From NCBI RefSeq assembly GCF_006345805.1, contig NW_021824657.1, forward strand, positions 1 to 37,438: 37,438 nt of DNA, given 5' to 3'. Positions within the stretch are counted from its first letter, which is position 1, and every line of letters begins with the position of its first letter. Positions 33,535 to 37,438 of the stretch are shown one piece after another. Both the position numbers and the translations under genes were made by a program. Under the pieces are notes generated by a model. The model saw nothing but the letters and a program-made list of their open reading frames with translations. It was not told the DNA's origin and made no database searches. This DNA is from Octopus sinensis (taxonomy: Eukaryota).

Positions 33535-33759
33535 GAGTATGCGCATAAATGTGAAACGAGGTGGTAAAAAATAGTACTTGAACACTGGAGGAAGAGTAAT
33601 ATGCTCTATTAATAAAGCTGCAAAGACATCACAAAAACTGATACTCAGAGTTTCACATTCCCATTCATCTGACAGTTTTGGTTAGGAAAACTGTCTGACA
33701 AACGAGAATGTGAAACTCTGAGTAACACTTTTTGTGATGTCTTTGCAGCTTTATAAATA
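33535..33759. mobile_element. Hammerhead-like repeat with a 73-bp fold-back (33607-33679 / 33687-33759, 8 mismatches, 7-nt loop)
   Basis: Each arm carries one copy of the hammerhead-like motif also seen at 18544. Confidence 0.7.
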
Positions 33760-33942
33760 AACTTGGCTTACAGCTGTTTCCAGTAGTCTTTATGGGTGCA
33801 TTACTGATAGGTTTACCCAATTCGTCTATTGATCAGTTGAGAAAATATGAACGACCTAAAGAAATTAATGCTACTCTCATCAGAGCCATTTTTGGTTATA
33901 ATATATATATTTATATATATGTAATTCCGCTTATAATTCATA

Positions 33943-33983
<41 letters not shown>

Positions 33984-34021
33984 GTAAAAACATATTTCTG
34001 GTGATAATATATATATCTATA

Positions 34022-34531
34022 CTAGCAGTATCGCCCGGCGTTGCTCGGGTTTGTAAGGGAAATAACTATATAAGCATTTTTAGAGAGTTACTTCCCTTAT
34101 AGATGCCAATTCGGGCATTTTAGCGATTTCTGTTTTGGTGTCTTCAAGCCATGAAGCGTTGTTCTAAAAGAACGCTGGTCTCCTGACAACGCTTTACGAC
34201 GTTGATTTCCTTACCACTCCCTTCCCCACAGCTTCACGAGGAGGGAAGAAGGGGAGAGGCAAACAGGTGCAGCTGTGACCATGGACGCCAACTCCGCCGC
34301 CATCGACACACGAAAAAATATGCATTAAAATGGAATAAAAAATGATGTTAATTATTTTTAAAATCGTAGACTCATCGTAGACGCGCGCTAATACTCAGAC
34401 GGGCTCGATATGAATCACGACTATAAGATACCCGAATTTGGTTAAACTGCACCGCAAAATGTGGGAGTAGTTAGGAATCTAAATCGAAGGGGACAGACAC
34501 TCACACAACTACAGTTTTATATATATATAGA
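34022..34531 (-). mobile_element. Non-autonomous Helitron (510 bp)
   Basis: Minus strand A|TCTATATATA...cccgagcaacgccggg hairpin...atactgCTAG|T: canonical 5' TC, subterminal hairpin, 3' CTAG, A/T target. Confidence 0.85.
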
Positions 34532-34566
34532 TATGTAAAAACATATTTCTGGTGATAATATATATA

Positions 34567-34965
34567 TCTATATATATAAAGCTGAAGTTGTCTGTGTACG
34601 GCAGGTTTGGTAGCCTTCAACTAACATTATCTCTTCCAAGACCCTGCAGCGCAAGTTGACCAAAATTAAGAGTATGATAGAAGAAGGCTTGCTCTTCCTT
34701 CTGTAGAAGAAAAAATTCAAATCGGACCATGTTAACACCAAAAATTATTTACATCAAAAAGGTGCCTTTTTTTCTATGAAAATCCCTTATTTTTAAACGA
34801 TTTTTTGACTGCTGTGTCGCCATTTTTCGGTGTATTTCAACCAGAAAAATGTTCACTTAAAGAAAATAACAAGCTACATAATGGAAAATTTTTACTTTTC
34901 AAAAATTCCAATTCTAAAGGGTCAAAAAGAAAACAAGCCTGAGCAACGCTGGGCTATACTGCTAG
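34567..34965 (+). mobile_element. Non-autonomous Helitron (399 bp), different internal sequence
   Basis: A|TCTATATATATAAAG...gcctgagcaacgctgggc hairpin...tatactgCTAG|T. Confidence 0.85.
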
Positions 34966-35003
34966 TTTATATATGTATGTATATGTATGCATGTGTGCTT
35001 TAC

Positions 35004-35395
35004 AGTTAAGAAGTTTGTTTTGCAACCACTTGGTTGTGGGTTCTGTCCCACTGCTTGGCACGTCAGGAAAATGTCTTCTACAATAACTCTGTGCTAATCA
35101 GTGCCTTGGGAATAAATTGGTAATAGGTAAATGTGTTGGCGGTAAAGGTAAGAAACCCTTCATAGCTGTGTGTGTGTGTGCATGTGCCTGCGTATGTGTG
35201 TGGTGTGTGTGTATTGCCCTTTGAGCTTTGGTTGGTTAACTCATCTGTGACTTAGCAGTTCAACAAAAGGAGTCCGATAGAATAAGAGAACAAGTATCAG
35301 ACTTGGTTAAGTTCCTGGGTTGATTTGAATGATCAAAAATTCTTTGAGGGGTTGCTCCAGTATGACCACCATCCAAAGACCGAACGAAACCAAAG
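35004..35395 (+). mobile_element. Very old family A-like composite SINE
   Basis: gcaaccacttggttgtgggttctgtccc...aaatgtcttcta...gacttagcagttcaacaaaag...gctccagtatgacc. Confidence 0.55.
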
Positions 35396-35481
35396 AACAC
35401 AATAGTGATGAAGTCTAACTATCTGACCACACACGCACACACGAATGCACGTACGCACACGTAATTGCATTTAAACACATG

Positions 35482-35526
<45 letters not shown>

Positions 35527-35612
35527 CTATATTTTTTTTCTCATTATTTCTTGTTTTGCCAAGTAATGTCTCTCTTCTGTGTGACAAAATAATAAATCAT
35601 ACATCAATCATC

Positions 35613-35645
<33 letters not shown>

Positions 35646-35939
35646 TTGTTCTAAATCTTTAATACTGCTAGTAGTAGTAGTAGTAGTAGTAGTAGTAACA
35701 GTAGTAGTAGTGGTGTTTGTGGTGGTGGTGGCGGTGGTCGTAGTGGTCAGAGGTGGGAGGAAGTGGACATTACTGTTAATATACCAAAAATATTTTCATA
35801 ACATCATTAATATCTATTCATCCAATTTTCTTCGTCTTTTGTTTTTGCGCCCCGCCCCCGCCCCCTCCCCCTCTCCCCCCCACCTTTAACCTCGTTTTTA
35901 TTTTTTTATTCCTGTTTATTGAAATTTGTTTATGTTGTG

Positions 35940-35965
35940 TTTGTATGTGTGTGTGTGTGTATATA

Positions 35966-36023
<58 letters not shown>

Positions 36024-36449
36024 TACTTGTGTATGTAAGAATGTATGCGTGTGTTTGTGAGTGTGTGTCTATATACGTATGAATATACGTGTATATATAT
36101 ATACACACACACACACACATATATATATGTATGTATATATATATACATATATATGCACATTTATGTATATTTATCTATATATACATTATATATGTGTGTG
36201 TATATATATATATATATATAAATATATATATACACATTATACATATATATATATTATATATACATGATATATATATATATCTTAATATATATACATACTC
36301 ACACACACATGTACATATATGTTTATATGTGTATATATACATGTATATATATGTGTTTGTGTGTATTTTATTATACGTGCTGATAAATGTATGTATAGAT
36401 ATGTATATATGTGTATGCTTGTGCATATACCTATACATACATACATACA

Positions 36450-36518
<69 letters not shown>

Positions 36519-36575
36519 ACACATGTGCACACACTCACACGCACACACACTCACACGCACACACACTCACACACA
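35940..36575. repeat. (TG)/(CA)/(TA)/(TACA) microsatellite field
   Basis: Direct inspection. Confidence 0.95.
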
Positions 36576-36999
36576 TTTATATTGAAAGGTAAATAAAGGG
36601 AATGTACACTTGTAAACCTCGGAGCCTGAACTGGTTTATTTTCTACTTTTCTTTAATTCTACACCACTTATGTCTAATGTTTATCAACCTCGTCCTTATA
36701 GCCACTCATTATGGATATTAAAACAGACAATTGTTTGAGGTTGCGTTGATTTGATTTCTTCGATTGATGGGTTGTTCCACTCCCGCCCTCCCCCGTCATG
36801 TGATACGGAGGTTGTCTGTTAGATTTGCTGCCTGGAAAGATTGTCCGAGACAGTCACACATTCCTAGTGAAATAAATTGATCTCTGTTTGTTTTCAAAGG
36901 TGAGTGCTGTAATTCTTTGATAAATGGAACCGTCTAATCATTGGTTTGTATTGTGATGTGGCTGAGAATTCTGCAGACGTATTCTTATTGTAATCAGAG

Positions 37000-37356
37000 G
37001 GTACCGCCGTGAAAGGTTTTGTCAAAGAGATCGACCCTAGAACTTATTTTTAAGCCTGATACCCATTCTGTTAGTCTCTTTTGTTGAACTGCTAAGTTAC
37101 AACATAAACAAACCAACACTGGTTTTCAAGCAGTCAGGAGGGGACAAACACAAAGAGACACACACACACAATACACACACACACTGTATATTTACAACAG
37201 GGTTCCACACAGTTTCTGTCGGCCAACTTCACTCACAAAACATTGATTGGCTTAGGACTATTGTAGAAGACACAGGCTCAGGGGTGCTGTGCAGTGAGAC
37301 TGAACCTGGGACCACATGGTTAGGAAGTTTGCTTCCTAACTTCCTGACCATGCCTG
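37000..37356 (-). mobile_element. Diverged family A composite SINE
   Basis: gatcgaccctagaacttatt...gaactgctaagttac...agaagacac...gactgaacctgggaccacatggtt. Confidence 0.7.
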
Positions 37357-37438
37357 TCGCATGTGTGAGAAGGTGGACCCATTGTATTACTGGTACAAGC
37401 CATTTGACAGGCTTCTACAGTGTTATTCTCTTTATTCT

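Noticed and set aside
1945-36596. Dozens of YI/CV/HT/MY-rich ORFs in the track
   Set aside because: They are translations of (TA)n, (TG)n, (CA)n and (TATG)n microsatellites.

Overview
Repeat-saturated, AT-rich eukaryotic DNA with no intact protein-coding gene I can support. The SINE families and the dense (TA)n/(CA)n fields look like an octopod cephalopod (Octopus-like) intergenic or intronic region; this taxonomic call is inference from recalled repeat families, not a database hit. Most ORFs in the track are microsatellite or repeat artefacts. The window holds five recurrent retroposon families (local labels A-E), 3' fragments of RTE and CR1-group LINEs, a Tc1/mariner fragment, two non-autonomous Helitrons placed head-to-head, and three tandem arrays (183 bp x~2.6, ~383 bp x4, ~166 bp x16). 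A heavily decayed hAT transposase lies on the minus strand at ~20.6-24.2 kb, under SINEs and one array. The most interesting signal is a set of short repeats running into (TA)n that fold as minimal type I hammerhead ribozymes with palindromic stem III, the type known from Penelope-like elements. Several of them carry inverted (fold-back) partial copies. I see no CRISPR array and no new multi-gene system. All protein-family calls are by-eye motif matches and need HMM confirmation.
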